A DNA stretch of 64,000 bases from Phycisphaerales bacterium (GTDB lineage: Bacteria > Planctomycetota > Phycisphaerae > Phycisphaerales > SM1A02): contig SIAA01000007.1 of NCBI GenBank assembly GCA_009692045.1, positions 3,202 to 67,201 on the forward strand. Direction: 5' to 3'. Of this stretch, positions 39,494-48,205 are shown in pieces; position 1 is the stretch's first letter, and each line of letters starts with the position of its first letter. The position numbers and the translations under genes are program-made. The notes beneath the pieces were generated by a model. The model did no database searches. It saw only the letters and a program-made list of their open reading frames with translations, and was not told the origin of the DNA.

Positions 39494-41797
39494 GTGAAGT
39501 ACCGATCGACCTATGATCGCAGCGTGACTCTGGGCCTCGCCTGCTGTTGCTGTCGTCTCATCTTTGGCGTGAGCCTAGGAGCCTGCCCAGAGGCGATTGT
39601 CGCAGACTCCGAGGGCATCAGGGCATTGCGTGAATCCTGCCTCGATTGTCACGAGGGGCCTAAGGCCAAGGCGGATCTGGATCTCGCTCTCTTGCTTGGG
39701 CGCGCCCTGGATGTCGGGGGCTCATTGCGGCCGAGTGGTGATGATGCCCGCACTCTGAGACAGATGCTCGGGCGCATTCGCCGCGGCGAAATGCCGCCGG
39801 CCTCGGAGACTCCGCTAACGCGAGAGGCGCGAGAAGCAATTGCGCTGGTGATAGATTCCGGAGCGGCCGCATCAGCGCAAGAGCCGCCACCGGCTGTCAG
39901 GCGGCTCAACCGTCAAGAGATTGCGCGGTCACTTCGAGATGTGTTCTTCTTAGACGCGCAGCGGGTGAATGCCCTGCCCGATGATGAAGTCGGTGAGGGA
40001 TTTGACACTCTGGCGGACCTCGCTGTCGTCAATGAACTGGTGGTGGAGCGTCTGCTGGAGATAGGTGAGGAGGTCGCCGAGCGATCAGTAGCGCTGGAGG
40101 GCGCAGAGTCAGGCGCCGTGCAGACCTTTGGAGCTCAAGAATTGATTCTCACCCGCTCGGCACGCCGAGGTGGATCAATAGTGTCCATGCACTCTGCGGG
40201 GAGCGTGCAGGCGAACTTCATTGCTGGCGGAGCCGGTGAGTACCGACTGCGCGTTCGCGCCTGTGGGCAGCAGGCAGGTGCCGACCCAGTGCGCCTACGC
40301 AGCACCATCGATGGGAAGGTGCCGCGAACATTTGATGTGCCGGGTGGCCCCGACTCTCCTCAGTGGTTCGATTCGGTGGTGGCACTCGACACCGCGGGAT
40401 CACATGTTGCGGAGTTCGAGTTCATCAATGACTACTACAGTCCCAAGGATCCCAAGCCCTCTAATCGAGATCGGAACGCCATCGTGTGGCAGGTGGAGAT
40501 CGTCGGTCCGCTCGGCCCTCCAGTCCCTACTGAGTTCGAGAGGTTTCTTCAGAGAAATGGAGCGATGGCTAACGGTCGCATCGAGGTGAGTGCCGCCACG
40601 GCACTGACCCTGCGTGCTCTTTGGAGGCGCGATCCAAGCGCGGAGACATGTGAACTGCTTCTGCGAGATGCCCGCGGTGCGTGTGGTGATGCCGCGACAC
40701 CTGCCCGCACTCTTCGCTATGTGATCACCGCTGGAATCGTCAGTCCCAACTTTGCGCTTCGAAGTGAAGCGGATGCAGCTCACCCGGATGGTTACGACCT
40801 TGCGACTCGGCTCTCGTATTTCCTGTGGTCCTCCTGCCCTGACGATGAACTCCTAGATGCGGCGGAGGAGGGGACGCTGCTCACTGAAGAGGGCTATCTG
40901 CAGCAAGTGGAGCGCATGATGCTTGACCCCCGCGCTAGCGCCCTGAGTGAACGATTCGTCGCCCAGTGGTTGCAGGTGGATCGGCTTCGGGGGATGCAGC
41001 CTGACCCGGCGCGATTTCCCACGGTGAACGGGCAACTAGTGCAATCGATGTTGGCTCAGACAAATCTCTATGTAGATGCGATTGTGCGTGAGGGTAGGAG
41101 CGTGTGGGAGCTCCTTGAATCGAACTTTACCTTTGTGGACGGGCCCTTGGCGCGGCACTATGGCATGGAGTGGCGAGGTGACGAACCGATGCAGCGCGTG
41201 GCGATCTCAGCAGCAGCAAGCGGTGTGCTCCGCCACGCTAGCGTGTTGACCGCGACGAGCCATCCCACCAGAACCTCGCCAGTGCGACGCGGCAAGTGGA
41301 TTCTGGAGGCACTTCTCGATCGGCCTCCGCCGCCGCCACCCCCGGGAGTGGGCGTGCTCGGTGAGAACGAAGCATCGGCGAGTGCGGCATCCGTCCGCGA
41401 GATGCTGGCACTACACCGAAGCAAGAGTGATTGTGCCGTGTGCCATGATGCACTTGATGGCATGGGTCTTGCGCTGGAGGGACTGGACGCGGTGGGGCGA
41501 GTGCGTACCGTTGATGGTGGTTCGGCTATAGATGAATCGGGAACTCTTCCCGATGGGAGCGTGATCCTCGGCACGGAGGGGGTTCGGCAACTTCTCATCG
41601 GTGAGCGCAGTTTCATTCGTGGCTTGGTCCGCAAACTTATGGTGTACTCGCTCGGGCGCGGAACTAATGATGGAGATGAATCAAGCATCGAGTTGATGGT
41701 TGACTCCTTGGGAGAAGCGCCAACGCTGCGTGCGATCGTGGTGAAAGTGGCTCAAGTACCGGTGTTTCGTGGATTGCCATCACGCTCCCTGCAGTAG
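39494..41797 (+). CDS. Planctomycete-type multidomain protein (DUF1587/DUF1592/DUF1595/DUF1588/DUF1585 architecture) with two CxxCH motifs
   Basis: N-terminal CLDCHEG. C-terminal block TSHPTRTSPVRRGKWILEALLDRPPPPPPPGV...HRSKSDCAVCHDALDGMGLALEGLD matches my memory of the DUF1588 signature. GTG start at 39494; an alternative GTG is at 39524. Confidence 0.78.
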   Translation: MKYRSTYDRSVTLGLACCCCRLIFGVSLGACPEAIVADSEGIRALRESCLDCHEGPKAKADLDLALLLGRALDVGGSLRPSGDDARTLRQMLGRIRRGEMPPASETPLTREAREAIALVIDSGAAASAQEPPPAVRRLNRQEIARSLRDVFFLDAQRVNALPDDEVGEGFDTLADLAVVNELVVERLLEIGEEVAERSVALEGAESGAVQTFGAQELILTRSARRGGSIVSMHSAGSVQANFIAGGAGEYRLRVRACGQQAGADPVRLRSTIDGKVPRTFDVPGGPDSPQWFDSVVALDTAGSHVAEFEFINDYYSPKDPKPSNRDRNAIVWQVEIVGPLGPPVPTEFERFLQRNGAMANGRIEVSAATALTLRALWRRDPSAETCELLLRDARGACGDAATPARTLRYVITAGIVSPNFALRSEADAAHPDGYDLATRLSYFLWSSCPDDELLDAAEEGTLLTEEGYLQQVERMMLDPRASALSERFVAQWLQVDRLRGMQPDPARFPTVNGQLVQSMLAQTNLYVDAIVREGRSVWELLESNFTFVDGPLARHYGMEWRGDEPMQRVAISAAASGVLRHASVLTATSHPTRTSPVRRGKWILEALLDRPPPPPPPGVGVLGENEASASAASVREMLALHRSKSDCAVCHDALDGMGLALEGLDAVGRVRTVDGGSAIDESGTLPDGSVILGTEGVRQLLIGERSFIRGLVRKLMVYSLGRGTNDGDESSIELMVDSLGEAPTLRAIVVKVAQVPVFRGLPSRSLQ

Positions 41798-41806
41798 AGT
41801 GTCTCC

Positions 41807-43180
41807 ATGTATCCCCGATCGCGGATTACGCGCCGAACTGTGCTGCAAGGGATGGCAGCCTCGATCGCTCTCCCTTGGTTGGAGGGAATGACCAGCGCAG
41901 TTGAGACAGGTAGCGGAATCATCGGCAGCACCGCTGCGGCAGCTGGCGCGAGTTCGGCACTGGCATCACCCGCGCGCATGGCCTTCGTGTTCATTCCCAA
42001 TGGGGTTCACGCCCCCGACTGGATTCCCGCGGTTGATTCCTTGGCACTTACACCCTCACTGCGACCATTGGCCGCACACCGGAGTGAGTTCACTGTCATC
42101 ACTGGGCTCGCACATGCCAATGCCGATGCTATGGGTGACGGGCCAGGAGATCACGCCCGAAGTGCCGCATGCTTCCTGACAGGGGCGCATCCGCGCAAGA
42201 CCGCGGGCGAGGACATTCATGCTGGAGTGTCCGTCGATCAGGTTGCAGCTCGGGCGGTGGGAGCGAGCACGCCTTTCGCCAGCCTCGAACTGGGATGCGA
42301 GGGTTCATCGCGGAGTGGCGACTGTGACTCGGGATACTCCTGCGCCTACTCGTCCAACATTTCCTGGGATGCCCCTGATGCTCCCAGGTCCAAGCAAATC
42401 CATCCGCGTCATGTCTTCGAACGATTGCTGGGACAGCGGGACGGCGAATCGTCTACGGATCGTGCGCGGCGCATTGCCCAGCGGCGCAGCGTTCTGGACA
42501 CGGTCTCCTCCAACATCCATCGCCTCAAGCGAGCCATCTCTCACCGTGATCACGATCGGTTTGACGACTATCTCGAGTCGGTGCGGGCCATTGAGCGGCG
42601 CATTGAGATGACCGAACGCATGCGCCTAGACCCCAGCGAGTCGGGAGTTTCGATACCCTCAGAGATTCCCCAGGACTACGGCGAGTATCTGCGGTTGATG
42701 TCCGATCTGCTTGTGATGTCATTTCGACTCGATCTCACCAGGGTTGGCACACTGATGTACGGCAATGAGGGGAGCAACAGGTCGTATCCGAGTCTTGGCA
42801 TCGCCGATGGACATCACCACCTGACTCATCACGGTGGTGATGCGGCCAAGATTGCCAGCGTGCGCCGAATCAACGAGTTTCAGACGGAGTCATTCGCCTA
42901 CCTGCTTGGGCAGTTGCGCGCCCACCGTGAGGGCGAGGGGACTCTCTTGGATAGTTCCGCCATCGTGTTCGCTGCGGCCATCTCCGATGGAGACCGGCAC
43001 AATCATGAAAACCTTCCTGTGCTACTAGCAGGGCGCGGCGGCGGGCAACTGACGCCTGGCGGAGTGCTTCGCACCCATGAGCGCACACCGATGTGCAACC
43101 TGTATCTATCCATGCTGGAAACAATGGGCGTGCAGCGCCCCCGGTTTGGTGATTCGACCGGAATGTTGCAGGGCCTTTGA
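41807..43180 (+). CDS. DUF1552-family protein with a twin-arginine signal
   Basis: SRITRRTVLQGMAASIALPWL is a Tat-like leader. The His-rich motif ADGHHHLTHHGGD is typical of DUF1552. It starts 9 nt after the DUF1592-type gene, the usual partner arrangement. Confidence 0.75.
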   Translation: MYPRSRITRRTVLQGMAASIALPWLEGMTSAVETGSGIIGSTAAAAGASSALASPARMAFVFIPNGVHAPDWIPAVDSLALTPSLRPLAAHRSEFTVITGLAHANADAMGDGPGDHARSAACFLTGAHPRKTAGEDIHAGVSVDQVAARAVGASTPFASLELGCEGSSRSGDCDSGYSCAYSSNISWDAPDAPRSKQIHPRHVFERLLGQRDGESSTDRARRIAQRRSVLDTVSSNIHRLKRAISHRDHDRFDDYLESVRAIERRIEMTERMRLDPSESGVSIPSEIPQDYGEYLRLMSDLLVMSFRLDLTRVGTLMYGNEGSNRSYPSLGIADGHHHLTHHGGDAAKIASVRRINEFQTESFAYLLGQLRAHREGEGTLLDSSAIVFAAAISDGDRHNHENLPVLLAGRGGGQLTPGGVLRTHERTPMCNLYLSMLETMGVQRPRFGDSTGMLQGL

Positions 43181-45627
43181 TGATTCGCGAACTACTCAGA
43201 GTCGGACAGGCACCGTCCCAGCCGCAGTGGCGGGCATACCTCTGGGTCTCGGTGAGTGCTCTCCTGCTGAGTGGATTCCCAGCGAGTGCTCTGCCACCTG
43301 ATGGGAACGCGCGCATTGAACTCGGCCCCGTGCTGGGAGCCGTCACCGAGACTAGCGCCGTCATTTGGTGCGAAGTCGAGTGGATCGACCCGGTTGCGGG
43401 GATGACGCTGCGTGTGTTCGGCCCAGACGGGGCAGAGACTCAGGTTGGGCAGATTCACCGTCAGGGTGCCCTGGCTGCTGGTGAGCGTGAGACACTTCGT
43501 TTTGAAGTTGTCGCGTTGGAGCCGGGGCGGCACTATCGCTACGAACTCTCGGGCGATACCGATGAGGAGCGCCAGGCATTCGTATCTCGCGGCGGGGTCA
43601 TCGCCACGAACAGCAGCGCCACCTCACCGCAAGGCAACAGCTGCACCGTGGCATTCGGCTCCTGCGCCGATGAGAGCGAGGCCACGGGCAAACTGTGGCA
43701 GACGTTGGCAGCATTAGCGCCGGATGCGGTCGTGCTTCTGGGGGACACGCCCTACATAGATTCAGTTAACCCCGCCCGACTTGAACAGCGGCACCGCGAG
43801 TTTTATCTCACGCCGCATTTGCAGGAACTTCTGGGAAGCGTGCCGCTCTACTCGGTCTGGGATGACCACGACTTCGGAGCCAACGACACCGACGGCCGAA
43901 TGAGTGGCAAAGAAATTTCGCTCGCGACTTTCAAGCGGTTTCGCCCCAATCCCAGTTTCGGCGAGGGCGGATCGGGGCTTTACCACTCCTTTCGCCGCGG
44001 AGGGCTCGAAGTATTCATTTTGGACACGCGTTACTTCGCCGGTGTGCCCGAGGGGGCAGATGCCAGTTCGAGTCTGCTCGGAGTAGCGCAGTGGAACTGG
44101 TTAGAGCGTGGGTTGCTGGCCTCGACCGCGCCATTCAAGGTGGTTGCTTCGAGCACGGTCTTCAACAGTTCTGTGCGCCCACTGAAACCGGACTTCTGGG
44201 GAAGGTATCCCCAGGACTACACCCGATTGATGCGGTTCATCGTCGATAGAAAGATCAGCGGCGTGCTTCTTGTTTCAGGAGATGTGCACAACAGCCGCGT
44301 GGTGCATCACCGTCCTGATGGCGCGGGAGGCAGGGACATCATCGAGCTGGTCACCAGCCCCATGCATGACCGGGTTCACGACTCGTCGGCATGGTCCCCA
44401 TCACCCGATGTGGAGTCCACTTGGGGGCGTCCTCATGCGATGCTGGTGTTGGATGCGAGCAATGCGCAGTCGCCGGCAACTTTGCGCATGCGCCACTTTG
44501 ACGCTGAAGGAGAGGTGTTCTTCGACCGAGTGATGCAGCAGGTTGAGAGCGGCGGCTCGCCCCCCAGCCCCGCGACCGCGGCCGCGTCACCAGCTGGGCG
44601 AACTGCCCGGGATGAACCTGCTCAATCGACAGCCATGCTTGTGAAGGCGCTCGCGCTCGCCTGGCAGTCGCGCGATCAGACTCTGAAGGCGATCGAAACG
44701 ACTCTAGCCTGGAGTGAGGCACAGGTCGCCGATCCCTCCTCTGGGGAGAATACGAAGAGCATCAGCGCCTCAGTCCTCGCAGACTTGCTAGCCCTTCGCA
44801 ACCAGTTGGCGCAAGCAGCAGATGGAGCAGAGTTCGCGGCAGCGGTCATGGCGTCATTTCAGTTGTCAGCACCGCAGGGCAATCCCGGGGCGAGAGTGCA
44901 CTTCACCGCCTACGCGTCGCCAGTGATTGTGGGTAGCGAGAGCCGCCCCTCAGTCGTTTCCGTTCCACTCTTGCGCCGACCGCAATCTCTCGCGCCCGGT
45001 GACATCGGCGAGTCGCGCGCTGAGATCGTCGCGCGTGATCCGAGTCCAAGCGATGTCATCGCATGGATCAGTGACCCGCTCGACGCCTATCTGGCACAGG
45101 TCAATGGTTCGGTGGGCGTGCGCATGGGCGATGGCTCTCTGAAGTGCCTGGTTCATGATGGAACCAACAACCATGAGTATGTGAGTCTGGCGCGCGAACT
45201 CATCCGTGCGGGGGTTCTCACGCCGCCCCGAGTGGATCTGGATGCGATCCGTGCGGCCTATAGGGACAACCGCGAGGCAGTGCTCGCGGCGATGATGACA
45301 AATGGTCGCTATGTGTTTTTTCGCGAGCAATCATGCAGCGAATGGCCCACCTCATCTCTCGGTCCCCAGCTCACACCTGGCCACACCTTGGCCGCAGACT
45401 TGCAGGTGATTCCCGCTGGATCGCCCGTGCTAGTGATGTTTCCCGTGGAGGGCGCGATCAGATCGACGATCTGCCTTGCGATAGACGAGGGCGGTGCCAT
45501 CAAGGGTGCGACCCGCGCCGACATTTATAGTGGCATCGGAGCCGAGGCCATGGACTTCGCGGGAAGAGTCAGCGGAGATGGTGTCATGCGCCGTTTCGTG
45601 CTGCCGACGCCATCACCTGCCGAGTAA
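43177..45627 (+). CDS. Fusion protein: N-terminal PhoD-like metallophosphoesterase plus C-terminal MltA-like lytic murein transglycosylase (with 3D domain)
   Basis: Signal-like N-terminus. Phosphoesterase motifs VVLLGDTPY, VWDDHDFGAND and LLVSGDVHNS. Pro/Ala/Ser linker at aa 458-483 (nt 44548-44626). MltA-like part: DPLDAYLAQVNGSVGVRMGDG, NHEYVSLARELIRAGVL, RYVFFRE, LTPGHTLAADLQVIPAGSPV, and ICLAIDEGGAIKGATRADIYSG. One uninterrupted 816-codon ORF with an ATGA overlap on the DUF1552 stop. Confidence 0.75.
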   Translation: MMIRELLRVGQAPSQPQWRAYLWVSVSALLLSGFPASALPPDGNARIELGPVLGAVTETSAVIWCEVEWIDPVAGMTLRVFGPDGAETQVGQIHRQGALAAGERETLRFEVVALEPGRHYRYELSGDTDEERQAFVSRGGVIATNSSATSPQGNSCTVAFGSCADESEATGKLWQTLAALAPDAVVLLGDTPYIDSVNPARLEQRHREFYLTPHLQELLGSVPLYSVWDDHDFGANDTDGRMSGKEISLATFKRFRPNPSFGEGGSGLYHSFRRGGLEVFILDTRYFAGVPEGADASSSLLGVAQWNWLERGLLASTAPFKVVASSTVFNSSVRPLKPDFWGRYPQDYTRLMRFIVDRKISGVLLVSGDVHNSRVVHHRPDGAGGRDIIELVTSPMHDRVHDSSAWSPSPDVESTWGRPHAMLVLDASNAQSPATLRMRHFDAEGEVFFDRVMQQVESGGSPPSPATAAASPAGRTARDEPAQSTAMLVKALALAWQSRDQTLKAIETTLAWSEAQVADPSSGENTKSISASVLADLLALRNQLAQAADGAEFAAAVMASFQLSAPQGNPGARVHFTAYASPVIVGSESRPSVVSVPLLRRPQSLAPGDIGESRAEIVARDPSPSDVIAWISDPLDAYLAQVNGSVGVRMGDGSLKCLVHDGTNNHEYVSLARELIRAGVLTPPRVDLDAIRAAYRDNREAVLAAMMTNGRYVFFREQSCSEWPTSSLGPQLTPGHTLAADLQVIPAGSPVLVMFPVEGAIRSTICLAIDEGGAIKGATRADIYSGIGAEAMDFAGRVSGDGVMRRFVLPTPSPAE

Positions 45628-46924
45628 CCGCCGCAGCCTGCGAGCGCGACTCCAGGAAATCGGCGATACCGGCAGCGATCGCCGCGCGTCCCTGCAGGGG
45701 GGTTGGCTCGGTGCTCGTGCCGCTCGAACAAGCGCTGCCGTCGATCAACCAAGCTGAGTGCGTGTTGGGGCTCATGTCTTCCCCGCGGTTCGCCACCACC
45801 GCATCCCAACCCAACATGCGAGCCCGGGCGATCCGTAGAGTGTCGCTCAGCGGAACTCCCACCGTGTACTTGAAACCAACGAGGCAAAGCTGGGGAAACG
45901 CGCCTCGCACTTCATCAATCACCTTCGCGGTCGGCACCAGGTCTACCTGCCAACCCGAGTCCGTTGCCACCTTGCCGCTGGCGCGCACGCTGGGCGCAAA
46001 GTCGGCGACACCGGCACTGAGCACCGCCGCGGCAAATCCACCGCTCCCGCCAGCATGGACTCGTTGCTCTGATTCTCTCAGATCTGACATGACAGCTTCG
46101 CGGTATTCGGTGATTCCGTTGACTCTCTTGTACCCAAGCCATGAGGGCGCCACCGCGCTGCCGGTACCAAGAATGAAGTTCACATCCGCACCGCGCAGTG
46201 TGAGCTCCGCGGCGATTGCAACTGAGAGTCCTCCCGTGAAGGGATTGCTCAGCTGTCGCACATCGTCGAGCTGCGCGGGGATGGGGCCACCCGTTACTAG
46301 GACAGGGCGACCCTTCAAGGGCGACCTACTAAGTGCTCGGCAAACGGCGCTGACAAGGACGCCTTCGTCGGGCAAGTTGTGTTTGCCTTGGTCATCGCGG
46401 GGCGGCACCATGTTCACTCCGAGGTCCGCAAGTAAGCGCACATTCTTGGCCAGTATTGTGGTGTGCATCGAACCATGCATCGTCGGCGCGACAATCACAG
46501 AACAATCACCTCGCTCCATGCGGCCTAAGGCACTGGCGAGCGTCGCAGTCACGAGGCCATCGGCGATGCCGCATGCCATCTTGTTGATGGTGTTGTAGGT
46601 CGCGGGCGCCACCAGATAGGCATCGAACTGTTCGAGGTCGCTCAAGTGCTCGGCTCGCGAACTAAGCGCTGTTACGACCGGCCGATTGCAACTCCACGCC
46701 AGAGCATCAACTGCCACATATCGCGCCCCTTCCTCGGAAAGGAATGCAGTTACTTGGGCTCCCTGCCGCCGGAGAGCTCGAGCCACCATCGGCGCCTTCA
46801 TGGCAGCGATTCCGCCGGTCACAAGAAGCGCGATGCGCTTACCCAGCAGGTGCGTACCCTCGATGACGACTTCGTGGTCGCCCAGATCACTGCTGGGAGG
46901 AGGTGTTGGAACCCAATCGCTCAT
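45584..46924 (-). CDS. coaBC: Bifunctional phosphopantothenoylcysteine decarboxylase / phosphopantothenate-cysteine ligase
   Basis: Flavoprotein half: GKRIALLVTGGIAAMKAPMVARAL, APATYNTINKMACGIAD. Ligase half: PVLVTGGPIPAQLDDVRQLSNPFTGG, VGFKYT. Confidence 0.87.
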   Translation of the reverse strand: MSDWVPTPPPSSDLGDHEVVIEGTHLLGKRIALLVTGGIAAMKAPMVARALRRQGAQVTAFLSEEGARYVAVDALAWSCNRPVVTALSSRAEHLSDLEQFDAYLVAPATYNTINKMACGIADGLVTATLASALGRMERGDCSVIVAPTMHGSMHTTILAKNVRLLADLGVNMVPPRDDQGKHNLPDEGVLVSAVCRALSRSPLKGRPVLVTGGPIPAQLDDVRQLSNPFTGGLSVAIAAELTLRGADVNFILGTGSAVAPSWLGYKRVNGITEYREAVMSDLRESEQRVHAGGSGGFAAAVLSAGVADFAPSVRASGKVATDSGWQVDLVPTAKVIDEVRGAFPQLCLVGFKYTVGVPLSDTLRIARARMLGWDAVVANRGEDMSPNTHSAWLIDGSACSSGTSTEPTPLQGRAAIAAGIADFLESRSQAAAVTRQVMASAARNGA

Positions 46925-46945
46925 TAGCGGACATTCTAGTCCCTG

Positions 46946-48205
46946 CTAGGCGGAAATCCGAGGACCCTGCTCGCTCCAGCGCACCGCCAGTTCGAGGCCG
47001 CCCCCAACAAACTCGCCCAGCCAGCGACCCACGGCATTGTGCCGCCAATCACTTTCGGGAAACAACATAAGCGAGTGATCCTTACGCCGATCCAGATACC
47101 AAGTTGCCAGCTGGGCCCGCGTCAGCACTATGGGAGCTGCCAACCCTTGGGCGATGCAACGCATAGTCACAAGCGACCAAAGCGCATCAATCCGCATCCG
47201 GTCTTCGCCGCTCTCGGCTGCTGGTGACCAGAGGTTGTCATGGTCAAGGGGCAGGTTGCGAGCCGCTTGGATCGTGGCAACGATGCGAGCTCCAAACTGT
47301 TCTGCCACCGGTCGCGGCATTCCTCGAATGCCTGCCAGCTCGGCGTTGGTAGTTGGTTTGGCGCGCGCCACTTCGAGCAGGGGGACATCAGGAATCACAG
47401 TTCGTGGCGGGGCGTCACTCTCACGGGCCAACGCGTGGCGCAGCAACACCAGTTCACGCAAGATGGTCATGGTGCGCGGCCGCAGGGTCAATCCCTTGCA
47501 AGCCCGCTTCACTTGGCCCATCGGATCAAAAGTCGCAGCATCGTTGATCGCCTGCTGGCACTCCGCAAGCACCCAGTCCCAGCGACTGTTCTGCTGCAGT
47601 TGCTCCTGCAAGCGTGAGTAGGCCAGCGGCAGATAGCGCACATCATCAGCGGCATAACCGAGTTGCGATTTGCTTAGCGGCCTTGCATCCCACTCGGTAA
47701 AGGTGTGCCCCTTGAGAAGTCGATGCGCGGTCAACGCTTCCACCAGACTGCCCAGACTTGTCGGCCATGGCAGGCCTACGAAGGCGCCGGCGATTTGGGT
47801 ATCGAATATGCGTTCGGCCGGTCGTCCCGCAGCGCGCTGGGCTGCATCCACATCCTGACCTCCGGCGTGAACGATGGTGACATGGGCGGGGTCGCACACC
47901 ACGCGCCACAGGTCACTCAAATCGGCAACGGCGAAGGGATCGATAAGTGCCACCCGCTCCCTGGTAGCGACTTGGATGAGGCAGATGTGGGGATGAAATG
48001 TCTCTTCGCCGATGAATTCGGTGTCATAGGCGAATGACTCTTGCTGGCGCAGATGATCGATGAGGTTTCGCAGCGGCTCTGGTGAATCAATCAACTCGGG
48101 TACGCCCTGGGGGACCTGATCGTGCAGCAGTATCTGTGGTGCGTCACCATCCTCGGCGTGCGCCTCAGCATGGTGCATGGCGCGTTTTCGGCGGCGGAAG
48201 TTCAT
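46946..48205 (-). CDS. rnd: Ribonuclease D
   Basis: DEDD exonuclease motifs FAYDTEFIGEETFHPHICLIQVA, HAGGQDV and YAADDVRYL, followed by an HRDC-like region (LRELVLLRHALARE). Confidence 0.85.
   Translation of the reverse strand: MNFRRRKRAMHHAEAHAEDGDAPQILLHDQVPQGVPELIDSPEPLRNLIDHLRQQESFAYDTEFIGEETFHPHICLIQVATRERVALIDPFAVADLSDLWRVVCDPAHVTIVHAGGQDVDAAQRAAGRPAERIFDTQIAGAFVGLPWPTSLGSLVEALTAHRLLKGHTFTEWDARPLSKSQLGYAADDVRYLPLAYSRLQEQLQQNSRWDWVLAECQQAINDAATFDPMGQVKRACKGLTLRPRTMTILRELVLLRHALARESDAPPRTVIPDVPLLEVARAKPTTNAELAGIRGMPRPVAEQFGARIVATIQAARNLPLDHDNLWSPAAESGEDRMRIDALWSLVTMRCIAQGLAAPIVLTRAQLATWYLDRRKDHSLMLFPESDWRHNAVGRWLGEFVGGGLELAVRWSEQGPRISA

Noticed and set aside
45711-46598. 295-codon + strand ORF opposite coaBC
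   Set aside because: It is a shadow ORF with a Ser/Pro/Thr/Arg-rich translation. coaBC motifs are clear on the minus strand.
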